Of a stretch of DNA of 64,000 nt, positions 29,658 to 39,074 are shown one piece after another (the first letter of the stretch is position 1; each line of letters starts with the position of its first letter). Made by a program: the position numbers and the translations under genes. Location of the stretch: contig CAVPCQ010000006.1 of assembly GCA_963702425.1 (NCBI GenBank), positions 381,014 through 445,013 of the forward strand. Direction: 5' to 3'. The stretch is from an uncultured Acidobacteriota bacterium (lineage in GTDB: Bacteria > Acidobacteriota > Polarisedimenticolia > J045). Under the pieces are notes generated by a model. The model saw only the letters and a list, made by a program, of their open reading frames with translations. It did no database searches and was not told where the DNA came from.

Positions 29658-30722
29658 CTACGCCGGCGTGGCGCGCGCGAGACGCGACAGCTCGGCCCAG
29701 ACCGTCGCTTCGTCGAGGGCCGCGAGGCAGGCGTGGTGGCCGAGCGGGCAGCGCGGATCCCCGCTCGGGCTGCAGGGCTGGCAGGGCAGCCCCAGCGCGA
29801 GCGCGTGGTAGGGGCGCCCGTCGCGCAGGGCGTCGGGGTCGGTCGGGCCGTGCAACGCGATCGCCGGCACCCCGAGCGCCCGCGCGATGTGCGTCGGTCC
29901 CGAGTCGTTCCCGACGAAGGCGGCAGCATACGTCAGCTCGGCGACGAGGCCTCCGATCCCGGCGTCGCGCCGGTCGATGGCGTCGGGGCAGGCGGCACGC
30001 AGCGCGTCGAGCAGCGGCGCCTCCGCCGGACCGCCATAGAAGGCGGGCCGGAATCCGCCGTGCTTGCGGGCCAGCGCGAGTAACGCGGCGTAGCGCTCGA
30101 TCGGCCAGCGCTTGGTCGCGTAGTGCGCACCGGGCGCGACCGCCAGGAGCGGCTCGCCCCGCCAGCCGGCCCCGACCAGGCGCGCGCGCGCGGCGCGGCG
30201 GCGTCCGTCGTCGACGACGAGGCGCAGCGGTCGCGGGGGGACGGTCCCGACGAGCGGCTCGAGCAGCGCGAGGGGCCGGGCCGGGAAGGTCCGTCCCGCA
30301 TCGTCCCTCGAGACGAGGTGGGTGTAGGCCAACCCCTGACCCGGACCGGCGTACCCGACCCGCACGGTGGCGCCGGAGCGCCGCGCGAGCAGGCTCGTGC
30401 GGGCCGAACGCGAAACCCCGAAGAAGAGCTCGGGCCGGCGTCCCGTGACGGCGCCCGCGACCCGCAGGAGGCCCCGCGCACCGCGGTCGGCTCCGGACTT
30501 GTCATAGGCGAGCAGGACCGTCACCCGCGGATCTCCGGCCAGCACTTCGAGCGCCGCCGCCCGCCCGACGACGGCGATCTCGGCCGCCGGCCAGCGCTCG
30601 ACGATCTCCTCGAGCAGTGGCGTCGTGAAGACCATGTCGCCGATGAAGGCCAGCTGGGCGACGACGATCGAGCGCGGCGGGCGCGCCGCGAACGATCGCG
30701 ACAGGGAGGCATGGTGGTTCAT
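29658..30722 (-). CDS. glycosyltransferase family 9 (LPS heptosyltransferase-like)
   Basis: FIGDMVFTTP, APGAHYATKRWP, GNDSGPTHIA. Confidence 0.9.
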   Translation of the reverse strand: MNHHASLSRSFAARPPRSIVVAQLAFIGDMVFTTPLLEEIVERWPAAEIAVVGRAAALEVLAGDPRVTVLLAYDKSGADRGARGLLRVAGAVTGRRPELFFGVSRSARTSLLARRSGATVRVGYAGPGQGLAYTHLVSRDDAGRTFPARPLALLEPLVGTVPPRPLRLVVDDGRRRAARARLVGAGWRGEPLLAVAPGAHYATKRWPIERYAALLALARKHGGFRPAFYGGPAEAPLLDALRAACPDAIDRRDAGIGGLVAELTYAAAFVGNDSGPTHIARALGVPAIALHGPTDPDALRDGRPYHALALGLPCQPCSPSGDPRCPLGHHACLAALDEATVWAELSRLARATPA

Positions 30723-30777
30723 CGTTCCGGAATGGTAGCCTCATCGCCTCGGCGCCGGGCCGCCGATGGAGGTCGCC

Positions 30778-31452
30778 ATGACCGCTTCCCGTTCGCTTTC
30801 CGTCGCGCTGGCGACCCTCGCCCTGGGGCTGACCGCTGCGCTCCTCGCCCGTGCCGCGGACGCCCCGGCCTGGAAGGAACCGGGCACCGGGGAGGTCTTC
30901 CCCCTGACGGTCACGGCCCCCGGCGGAACACTGCCGCTCGTCCTGACCGGTGGCGGGGTGCGGACCAAGGTGGTCTTCAAGGTCTATGCCCTGGGCTTCT
31001 ACGTCGATCCGGCCGCGGCCGCGACCGGCCTCGCCTCATGGGCCGGCAAGCCGGCCGACGCACTGCGTACCGATCCGTCCTTCTACGCCGCGCTGATCGA
31101 CTTCCCGGGCGACAAACTCGTGGTCATGAAGTTCGTGCGCAACCTCGAGGGTGGCCAGATCGGGGACGCGCTCGACGCGGCGGTTTCCCGGACGCTCCCT
31201 TCCGGGGATCCTGCACGCGCCCAGTTCCGTGCCCTGTGGAAAGACCCGATCAAGGAGGGCGACGAAACCTCGATCGTCATCGGCGCCGGGGGCGCGGTCT
31301 CGGTCGTGCGCGCGGGCTCCGTCATCGGCACCGTCGACTCGAAGCCGCTCGGGCGGGCGCTGCTGCTGGCCTGGTTCGGCGAGGAGCCGGTGTCGGACAG
31401 CATCCGGAAGGGGGCGGTGGAGCGCATCCCGAGTATCCTGCAGGGGAAGTAG
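30778..31452 (+). CDS. chalcone isomerase-like secreted protein
   Basis: signal peptide; GGGVRTKVVFKVYALGFY, AWFGEEPV. Confidence 0.8.
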   Translation: MTASRSLSVALATLALGLTAALLARAADAPAWKEPGTGEVFPLTVTAPGGTLPLVLTGGGVRTKVVFKVYALGFYVDPAAAATGLASWAGKPADALRTDPSFYAALIDFPGDKLVVMKFVRNLEGGQIGDALDAAVSRTLPSGDPARAQFRALWKDPIKEGDETSIVIGAGGAVSVVRAGSVIGTVDSKPLGRALLLAWFGEEPVSDSIRKGAVERIPSILQGK

Positions 31453-31639
31453 GCTCGGCTTAGCGGCTGCAATTGCGCGTTAGCCGAGACCACCGGCAGT
31501 GCGAGGTGGTACCCTCGCCCGGGCCTCTGGAGGCTTCGGCCCCCCGGGCCTTGGCGGTTTCCCTTGATCGGCCCACGATCGGGTCGTTATATTGCCCCGG
31601 CACAGGGATTTGCCGGTTTCGTCCGGCCCGGAGTTCCGG

Positions 31640-32290
31640 ATGGCTTCGCCCTCCCAACAGCCGCGCATCGGGAACGTGGTCCAGCACCCGCGGAGCGTGG
31701 CCGCGGTGCCGCCGCCCGTCGAGAAGCGTCCCGCGATGAGCACGCGGCCGCCCCTGACCGAGTCGTCATCGACGGCGAAAGGCGGGCGGCAGACCTTCGG
31801 GGACATCATCCGGCGGGCCCGCGAGCTGCGCGGCATCGAGCTGCGCGAGGTGGCCGAGGCGACGAAGATCAACCTCCGCTACCTCGAGGCCCTCGAGCGC
31901 AACGACTTCACCTTCGTTCCCGGCGGAATTCACGTTCGCAACTTCGTGCGCGCCTACGCGAGGCAGATCGGCGTGGACGAAGCGGAGATGGTGAATGCCT
32001 TCCTCTACGAGTTGACCCTGCAGCACAAGAAGGGACCGGCCGAGGAGCCGCACGTCGTCGTGCCGCTCAGGACCGACGACCCGACGGTGCGTTCGCTGCG
32101 CTCGCACTACCGGGTCGAGTCGGGAAGCGACGATCGGCGGCGGCACCGCGCACGCAGCGTTCTCCTTCTCGCGGCGCTCGCGATCGCAGCGGCCGCAGCC
32201 GGTGCCGGCTACTGGCTCGTCGCCCACTCGGCGCGCGGTCAAGCCGCGGCGCCGGTGACAGCCCCCGTCCCGGGCCCTCCCGCTCGGTGA
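31640..32290 (+). CDS. RodZ-like helix-turn-helix membrane protein (start could be 31736)
   Basis: FGDIIRRARE...TKINLRYLEALERNDF...RAYARQIG plus a C-terminal TM. Confidence 0.8.
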   Translation: MASPSQQPRIGNVVQHPRSVAAVPPPVEKRPAMSTRPPLTESSSTAKGGRQTFGDIIRRARELRGIELREVAEATKINLRYLEALERNDFTFVPGGIHVRNFVRAYARQIGVDEAEMVNAFLYELTLQHKKGPAEEPHVVVPLRTDDPTVRSLRSHYRVESGSDDRRRHRARSVLLLAALAIAAAAAGAGYWLVAHSARGQAAAPVTAPVPGPPAR

Positions 32291-33426
32291 CCTCTCCCGC
32301 CGGAACCGGTGCGCGCATCGTCGCCGCGGTGCGGGCGGGGACCGCGCCGCGGCCAGCACGTCTTGCCGCGGCTCGCGGTGCGCTTCCGCTCGATCCGGGC
32401 GACCTGGCGCTGCTGCAGGTGCTGCTCGCGAGGGACGAGGACCCCGAGATCGCGGAGTCCGCGGAGCGGTCGCTGTCCGAGCTGGCACCCGAGACGGCCC
32501 TGGCCCTCGCCGACGAGCAGGACACCGCGTACGAGGTCCTGAGCTTCCTCTCTGCCGGTGCGGAGCGCTGGCCCGCCGCGGCGGCGACCCTCGCCGGGCG
32601 GCGGGGCCTCGATCCGGCTTGCTATCGCGCACTGGCCGCATCCAGCGCCGCCGCGCCGCTCGACATGCTGGCGCTCAACCAGGAGGCGCTGGCCGCCGAC
32701 CCCGGCCTTGGAACGCTGCTCGCCGCCAACCCCGCGCTGCCGGGGCAGGCGCGCGCGCGCCTGCTCGACTTCCTGGACGAGCTCGCAAAGGGGTCGGAAC
32801 CGGCCGCCGAGCCCGAACACGCGGGGGGCGAGACCGCCGAGGCCCCGCCCCCGGCGCGGGACCCCTTCCTGGCCTCGCTCGGAATCGACGCCGAGGTCGA
32901 GGCGCTCCTGCCGCAGCTCGACCTCGATCTCGGGATGCTGGCCGACCGCTCGGAGCTGCTCGGATCGATCGAGGAGGGGGACGACCTCTCGCTGATCGTG
33001 CGGCTCTCGAAGATGAACGTCGGGCAGAAGCTGCGGGCGGCGCTGTTCGGCTCGCGCGAAGAGCGCGGGATCCTGGTGCGGGACAGCAACCGCCTGGTCT
33101 CCTGCTCCGTCGTCAAGAACCCGAAGTTCACGGTGACCGAGGCCGACCAGGTCGCCAAGAGCCGGAACATCTCGACCGAAGTGCTGCGCTTGATCGCCCG
33201 CCACCGCGACTTCGGCAAGGCCTACTCGATCCAGAAGAACCTCGTCGTCAACCCGCGCTGCCCGGCCGACCTCGCGCTGAACCTGGTGGCGGTGCTGAAC
33301 GACCACGACCTGAAGCTGATGCTGCGGAACCGGAACATCGGCGAGGCGGTGCGGCGGCAGGCCAAGAAGGTATTCGACGTCCGGGAGGAGCGGAAGCGCG
33401 TCCGCGTCGCGCCCGGAAAGCACTGA
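32287..33426 (+). CDS. hypothetical helical-repeat protein
   Basis: GTGA coupling; KLRAALFGSREERGILVRDSN...VVKNPK...LVVNPRCP. Confidence 0.8.
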   Translation: MTSPAGTGARIVAAVRAGTAPRPARLAAARGALPLDPGDLALLQVLLARDEDPEIAESAERSLSELAPETALALADEQDTAYEVLSFLSAGAERWPAAAATLAGRRGLDPACYRALAASSAAAPLDMLALNQEALAADPGLGTLLAANPALPGQARARLLDFLDELAKGSEPAAEPEHAGGETAEAPPPARDPFLASLGIDAEVEALLPQLDLDLGMLADRSELLGSIEEGDDLSLIVRLSKMNVGQKLRAALFGSREERGILVRDSNRLVSCSVVKNPKFTVTEADQVAKSRNISTEVLRLIARHRDFGKAYSIQKNLVVNPRCPADLALNLVAVLNDHDLKLMLRNRNIGEAVRRQAKKVFDVREERKRVRVAPGKH

Positions 33427-33531
33427 ACCCGGTTGCGCCGCGCCGGGCCTGTTTGCGCTAGATTAGAGACCGCGTCCGCCGAGAACCCCCGGGTCCCGGT
33501 CGTGGCGCGACCGAGGAGCAGCGTACCGTCG

Positions 33532-34350
33532 ATGATCGTCGCCGGGGCAGGCCTGACCGACCGCGGACGGTTGCGTCCGCACAACGAGGACTCGCTCCTC
33601 GTGGAGGCGGAACACGGTCTTTTCGCGGTGGCCGACGGGATGGGGGGGCACGCCGCCGGAGAGGTCGCGTCGCATCTCGCGATCGAGGCCGTCCGCGCAT
33701 CGCTCGCCGAGGGTCCGCATCCGGACGGGGACATACCGACGCGGCTGAGAAGCGCGATCGAAGACGCCAACCGCCGGATCGCCGACCAGATCGAACAGCA
33801 GCCCGAGTGCCGGGGCATGGGAACGACCCTCGTCGTGGCGGTTTCCGACGGGCCGCGTTGCTGGATCGCCCATATCGGTGATTCCCGCGCCTACCTGATC
33901 CGCGGGGAACAGATCACGCAGCTGACGGCCGACCACTCGTTCGTCAACGAGCTGGTCCGGCTCGGGATGCTGTCGCGCGAGCAGGCGGCGCGCGATCCGC
34001 GCCGGAACGTCGTGACCCGGGCGCTCGGCAGCGGCGCGATGGTAGTGCCCGAGATTCACGAGTACCGGGTCGAGCCGGGCGACACCTTGCTGCTCTGTTC
34101 GGACGGGCTGAACACGATGCTCGCCGACGAGCGGATCCTGGCCGTCATGCGGGAGTCGGGCGCCTCGCTCGAAGAGGCCTGCTCCGGCCTGGTCGCGGCC
34201 GCCAACGCCGCGGGCGGGGAAGACAACATCTCGGTCGTGGCCGTCCGCTGGGAGGGTGACGGGGCGGCATCGGACGGCGGCGCCCCGCCGCCTCCCCCCT
34301 CCGAGGGGACGGAACCGTCCTCGGAGACCGAGCCGACGGCCGAGGCCTGA
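33532..34350 (+). CDS. PP2C-family Ser/Thr phosphatase (Stp1-like)
   Basis: RPHNED, VADGMGG, MGTT, HIGDSR, CSDGL, EDNIS. Confidence 0.95.
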   Translation: MIVAGAGLTDRGRLRPHNEDSLLVEAEHGLFAVADGMGGHAAGEVASHLAIEAVRASLAEGPHPDGDIPTRLRSAIEDANRRIADQIEQQPECRGMGTTLVVAVSDGPRCWIAHIGDSRAYLIRGEQITQLTADHSFVNELVRLGMLSREQAARDPRRNVVTRALGSGAMVVPEIHEYRVEPGDTLLLCSDGLNTMLADERILAVMRESGASLEEACSGLVAAANAAGGEDNISVVAVRWEGDGAASDGGAPPPPPSEGTEPSSETEPTAEA

Positions 34351-34406
34351 GCCGACCGCCCCGCGGGTCCCGATTCGCGGAATCCCCGCGCCGGGAGGCC
34401 GTTTTC

Positions 34407-34435
34407 TTGACCGGACGGGAACCGCTCCTTATAGT
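34407..34435 (+). promoter_or_regulatory. sigma70-type promoter, implying a near-leaderless transcript
   Basis: TTGACC-17bp-TATAGT, ending 13 nt before ATG 34449. Confidence 0.6.
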
Positions 34436-34448
34436 CGCTCCAACCTTC

Positions 34449-36068
34449 ATGATGCCGCGCCCGGCCCTGCTGCTCACGACCCTCGCGGTCGTGTCGATTG
34501 CGATCGCGCCCACCCGGGCCGCGGCCGACGGCGACTCCGCGTCCTTCGGCGTGGCGGTTCGGGCGGCGGCGGCGCAGACCGGACTCAGCGGCGACGACCT
34601 CTCCCCCGCCCTGCGCCCTGACGGAGCCCTGGCCCCGGACCACCCGCTGCGGCGCCGGCCGGCCGCCGCCTCGCCGGGTGCGCTGTCCTCGATCGCCTCG
34701 CGGGAGCCCGCGGTTCGCGTGCACTGGCCGGCGACACTGGCGGGCCTGCGCGACGGCGACCTGGACGGCATCCCCGACCGGGCCTCCGCCGCGCTGCGGA
34801 CCGCTCTCCGGACGCTGAGCTTCTGCCGGACCGTCGGGCTCGGCGCCCCGGCCGACGATGCGGACCGCGAACTCGACCTCTACCTGGTCGACCTCGGGGG
34901 CGATGCGCGCGGCTTCGCGGTGATCGAGCCCGCCACGCCCGGCGAGCGTGCCGCGCCCGGTTTCGCGGTGCTCGACTCTTCGTCGCGCCAGGACGAGCAG
35001 GCGTTCCGCGGGATGGTCGGCCGCGCCGTCGCGCGCCTCGTCCTGGCCGGACGCGATGCGGCTGCCCCGTCGTGGTGGAGCGAACCGAGCGCCCTCTGGG
35101 TCCAGGCCCAGGTCACCGGGCCGGACCTCGAGTTCCAGCGCGACCTGCAGGCCCGCTGGAACCACCCCGAGCGCGGGCTGTTCGTCGACGATCCCATGCT
35201 GGCGCGCGGCAATGCCGGCCTGCTCTGGAGCCTGGAGGACGAGGCGCTCGAGACGCGGGCGCTGGCGGCCACCTGGAATGCGCTCGCCTCGCGCGCCGAC
35301 GGCGAAATCGCAAGTGCCGCCGTCGACCGCGCCCTTGCCGCCGCGACCGGGCTGGACCTGGTCTCGGCGTTCCGGCGGGCGGGGGCCTGGCAGCTGGTCG
35401 AGGGACCGGCGCCGACACGGTGGGCGCTGACCATTCAGTCCCTGCCGATGCTGGAGACCGAAGCGGCGCTGCCGGTCGCCCCCTACGGCGCGGCGGCGGT
35501 GCTGCTGCTCCCGGACAGCCGTGACCCGGAGGGGACGCGACTGACTTTCTCGTGGCCCGAGGAAGGCTGGAGCGCCTCGCTGCTGGCGCGCCGGCGAGGA
35601 GGCGGTTGGGATGTCGTCCCACTCTCCCCCGCGGCCGGCCGCCTGACCTTCCTCGTGCCCTGGGCCGACTACGACCGGGCGGTGCTCTTCGTGGTGCGCG
35701 CGGTGGCCGGCGGACCGGCGGCGACACTGCGCGCCCAGGCCGCCGGGATCGGGCCGTCCAGCCTGGTCGGGCTCTCATCGTTCGGCGTGCGGGCCAATTC
35801 GGACGACCTCGCGGAGATCGCCTGGTCGAGCGCGTGGGAAGGCTCGCTCTTCGGCTGGATCGTGGAGCGCGCGGCGCGGCCGGAGGGTCCCTGGAGCGCC
35901 GTGCACGCCGTGCCGGTGCCGGCGCTTGGCCTGGAGCGCGAAGGAACCGGATACACGATCCAGGACGCGCTCCCCGGCGACGGCGGAACGCTCTACTACC
36001 GCGTCGTCGCGCTGACCGACCTGGGGCTGCGGATCAGCGGTCCGGCGGTCGCGCTCCGCGATCACTGA
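34449..36068 (+). CDS. secreted MXAN_6640-like metalloprotease-fold protein (HExxH absent) with C-terminal FN3-like domain
   Basis: signal peptide, DGDLDGIPD, LDLYLVDL, WWSEPSALW; C-terminal LSSF...W...YYRV. Confidence 0.55.
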   Translation: MMPRPALLLTTLAVVSIAIAPTRAAADGDSASFGVAVRAAAAQTGLSGDDLSPALRPDGALAPDHPLRRRPAAASPGALSSIASREPAVRVHWPATLAGLRDGDLDGIPDRASAALRTALRTLSFCRTVGLGAPADDADRELDLYLVDLGGDARGFAVIEPATPGERAAPGFAVLDSSSRQDEQAFRGMVGRAVARLVLAGRDAAAPSWWSEPSALWVQAQVTGPDLEFQRDLQARWNHPERGLFVDDPMLARGNAGLLWSLEDEALETRALAATWNALASRADGEIASAAVDRALAAATGLDLVSAFRRAGAWQLVEGPAPTRWALTIQSLPMLETEAALPVAPYGAAAVLLLPDSRDPEGTRLTFSWPEEGWSASLLARRRGGGWDVVPLSPAAGRLTFLVPWADYDRAVLFVVRAVAGGPAATLRAQAAGIGPSSLVGLSSFGVRANSDDLAEIAWSSAWEGSLFGWIVERAARPEGPWSAVHAVPVPALGLEREGTGYTIQDALPGDGGTLYYRVVALTDLGLRISGPAVALRDH

Positions 36069-36148
36069 CGCCCCCACCCGGGCTGGCTGGGCTAAGATCC
36101 GCGTCTTCGCCGCGGTGACCCACCGCGACCGGGAGCGCGCCGCCAGCC

Positions 36149-38158
36149 ATGATCGACCTCTTCTCCTCGCTCCGGAATGCGCTCGCGGACGCCGTGCGTG
36201 CTGCGGTGCCCGGCGCGGACGCCCCGTCGGACGCCGGCATTCCAGTCGAGTTCCCGCCCGATCCGGCGCTCGGCGACCTCGCAACGCCCGCTGCCCTGGG
36301 CCTGGCGCGAACACTGAAGCGACCGCCGCGTCAGATCGCGGAGTCGCTCGCGCCGGCGATCGCGGCGATCCCCGGCGTCGCCTCGGTCGAGATCGCCGGG
36401 CCGGGCTACGTCAACGTGCGGATCGACCGCACGGTCGCGGTCCGGACGCTGCTCGGCCCGGAGCCGGCGACGGCGCCTGCCGTCGGCAAGGTCGTGGTCG
36501 AGCACACGAACATCAATCCCAACAAGGCGGCGCACATCGGGCACCTCCGGAATGCCGTGCTCGGCGACACCCTCGTGCGCTCGCTCGCCGCGCTCGGCGA
36601 GCGGGTCGAGGTGCAGAACTACATCGACGACACCGGGGTGCAGGTCGCCGACGCCGTCGTCGGGCTGACGGTGATCGAAGGGTTCGACGAGACCGGCGTG
36701 CGGGAACTGATCGAGCGCGCCCGGACCCGCGCCGCGGCCGGGGGGCACGGCTTCGACTACGAGCTGTGGGAGCTCTACGCGCGGGTCACGCAGTGGTACG
36801 AGGCGGACCGGTCGCGCGAGTCGCACCGCCAGCGCACCCTGCACGCGCTCGAAACGCGCGAGGGCGAGACGGCGCGCATCGGCGCGCTGGTGGCGACCGA
36901 GATCGTGACGCGCCACCTGCTCACGATGCAGCGGCTCGGGGTCCGCTACGAGCTCCTGCCGCGTGAGAGCGACATCCTCGGGCACCGTTTCTGGGAGACG
37001 GCCTTCGGGCGGTTGAAGCAGACCGGGACGATTGCGCTCCAGGCGGAGGGGAAGGCGGCCGGCTGCTGGGTGATGAACCTGCCGCACGCCGACGACCAGG
37101 AGGACTCCGCCGAGTACGAGAAGATCATCGTCCGCTCCGACGGCACGGTGACCTACGTCGGCAAGGACATCGCGTATCAGCTCTGGAAGTTCGGGCTGCT
37201 CGGGGCCGACTTCGACTACCGCCCGTTCGCCCCGTTCCAGTACGGCGACGGGAGCGTGCTGTGGGAGACCGCGCCGGTCGGCGCGGGCGTTCCGGGCGCG
37301 CCGTCGCATGGCGGCGCCACCCGGGTGATCAACGTCATCGACGTCGGGCAGGCCTACCTGCAGCGCGTGGTCAAGGCGGCGCTGCAGCGGCTCGGCTACC
37401 CCGACCAGGCCGAGCGTTCGGTCCATTTCTCGTACGAGAAGGTCGCTCTCTCGCCGGAGACCGCGCTCGCGCTGCAGCCCGGCCTCGTGCTGTCGGCCGA
37501 GGACCGCCGGCGTCCCTGGCTCGACATGAGCGGGCGCAAGGGGCTGGGCGTCAAGGCCGACGATCTGCTCGACCGACTCGAGGCCAAGGCGACGGAGGAA
37601 GTGCACCAGCGCAACCCCGAGCTGCCGGCTGAGGAGGCGCGCGAGCTGGCGCGAATCGTGGCGGTCGGTGCGGTCCGTTACTACATGCTCCGGTTCGCGC
37701 GCAACACGATCGTCGCCTTCGACATCGACGCTGCGCTGGCCTTCGAGGGCGAGACCGGGCCCTACTGTCAGTATGCCGCGGTGCGGGTCGCGCGGATCCT
37801 CGACAAGCTGGCCGAGAAGCTCGGGGGGGACGCCGCGAGTTGGCGCGCGCGCGCCGCTGCGGCGCACTTCGAGAGCCTCCCGGCCGACGTCGCCGCCGAC
37901 CACTGGGCGCTCGTCCACCGCGCGGCGCGGTTGCCGGGCATCGTCCGCCAGGCGACCGAGAACCTCGAATTCGCAACACTCGCCAAGTACGCCTTCGAGC
38001 TGGCCCAGGCGATCAATGGCTTCTACCACCGCCACCCGGTGCTGCAGGAGCCGGACGAGGCGGTGCGCGACGCGCGCCTGGCGGTGCTGCTGGTCGCCGA
38101 CCGCGCGCTGCGGCGAGCGCTCGACCTGATGGGGGTCCCGGTCCCGGCGCGGATGTGA
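36149..38158 (+). CDS. argS: arginine--tRNA ligase
   Basis: AGPGYVN, NPNKAAHIGHLRN, RSDGTVTY, MSGRKG, GPYCQYA. Confidence 0.96.
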   Translation: MIDLFSSLRNALADAVRAAVPGADAPSDAGIPVEFPPDPALGDLATPAALGLARTLKRPPRQIAESLAPAIAAIPGVASVEIAGPGYVNVRIDRTVAVRTLLGPEPATAPAVGKVVVEHTNINPNKAAHIGHLRNAVLGDTLVRSLAALGERVEVQNYIDDTGVQVADAVVGLTVIEGFDETGVRELIERARTRAAAGGHGFDYELWELYARVTQWYEADRSRESHRQRTLHALETREGETARIGALVATEIVTRHLLTMQRLGVRYELLPRESDILGHRFWETAFGRLKQTGTIALQAEGKAAGCWVMNLPHADDQEDSAEYEKIIVRSDGTVTYVGKDIAYQLWKFGLLGADFDYRPFAPFQYGDGSVLWETAPVGAGVPGAPSHGGATRVINVIDVGQAYLQRVVKAALQRLGYPDQAERSVHFSYEKVALSPETALALQPGLVLSAEDRRRPWLDMSGRKGLGVKADDLLDRLEAKATEEVHQRNPELPAEEARELARIVAVGAVRYYMLRFARNTIVAFDIDAALAFEGETGPYCQYAAVRVARILDKLAEKLGGDAASWRARAAAAHFESLPADVAADHWALVHRAARLPGIVRQATENLEFATLAKYAFELAQAINGFYHRHPVLQEPDEAVRDARLAVLLVADRALRRALDLMGVPVPARM

Positions 38159-38246
38159 GGTCCCGCGGGGGCGACGCCGCGGTCGGTCCCTTCCCCCCCT
38201 TCCCTGCCGGCGGGGCCCGTCGTACGCTTTCGGACCGAGGTCGATC

Positions 38247-39074
38247 GTGCTGCGCACCCTGATCCTCGCATCGGTCTTCGTGATTCCGGTCGCGCCCGCC
38301 GCCGCGGAGCTCGAAGCGATTCCGACTCGCGACGTCGACCTCGAGGTCGTGGCGAAGGACGGCGTCCTGCTGCGCGGCATCGTCTCGCTCCCGGACCCCG
38401 AGAACGACCCGGGCGGCCCGCGGCGCTGGCCCGTCGCGATCCTCCTGACGGCCCAGTTCCGCCCCCGGAGCGCGCTCGTTCCGCTGGCCGATGCGCTGGC
38501 CAGGGCCGGGATCGCCTCGGTGATGCTCGACCTGCGCGGGCAGGGGGACTCGATGGCGACCCGCGAACACAAGATCTACGCGGGGAAGTTCATGTCCCCC
38601 AAGTACCTGCAGCTCGCCGCCGGCGATCAGGAGCAGGTCCTCGAAACGCTGAGGAAACTGCCCGAACTCGATCTGTCGCGGGTCGCGCTGATCGGTGTCG
38701 GCGAGGGCGCGCTCGTCGCGGCCTCGGCGGCGGTCTCCGCCCCGGCCGTCCGGGCGCTCGTGATGGTCGATGCGGCGGAGTCGTTCGGCGGGATCTCCGC
38801 CGAGCGCGACCTCGGCCTGTTCGGCGCACGGCCCGTGCTGCTGCTCTGCTCGGGCTTCCCGGTCTCGAAGGAACGCGCCGCAGCGCTCGCCGAGTACGGG
38901 CTGGGCGAGCGGACGGTGCGTTGCGTCGGCGAGTTCTTCAACGGCGCCGCGCTGCTCGCCGAAGACCGCGCCGGAACGGCGGCCATTTCGTCGTGGTTGA
39001 CGGCGCTTCTCGTTCCCTCGCCGCCGGGAGCACCGGCCGGCGGGACGGGGGCCCCGCCCGCGGCACGCCGTTGA
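38247..39074 (+). CDS. secreted alpha/beta-hydrolase-fold protein (nucleophile absent)
   Basis: DGVLLRG, LDLRGQGDS, RVALIGVGEGA. Confidence 0.75.
   Translation: MLRTLILASVFVIPVAPAAAELEAIPTRDVDLEVVAKDGVLLRGIVSLPDPENDPGGPRRWPVAILLTAQFRPRSALVPLADALARAGIASVMLDLRGQGDSMATREHKIYAGKFMSPKYLQLAAGDQEQVLETLRKLPELDLSRVALIGVGEGALVAASAAVSAPAVRALVMVDAAESFGGISAERDLGLFGARPVLLLCSGFPVSKERAAALAEYGLGERTVRCVGEFFNGAALLAEDRAGTAAISSWLTALLVPSPPGAPAGGTGAPPAARR

Noticed and set aside
31454-31548. three short hairpins including a UUCG loop, possible ncRNA
   Set aside because: No recognisable family; compatible with a terminator or chance pairing at high GC.
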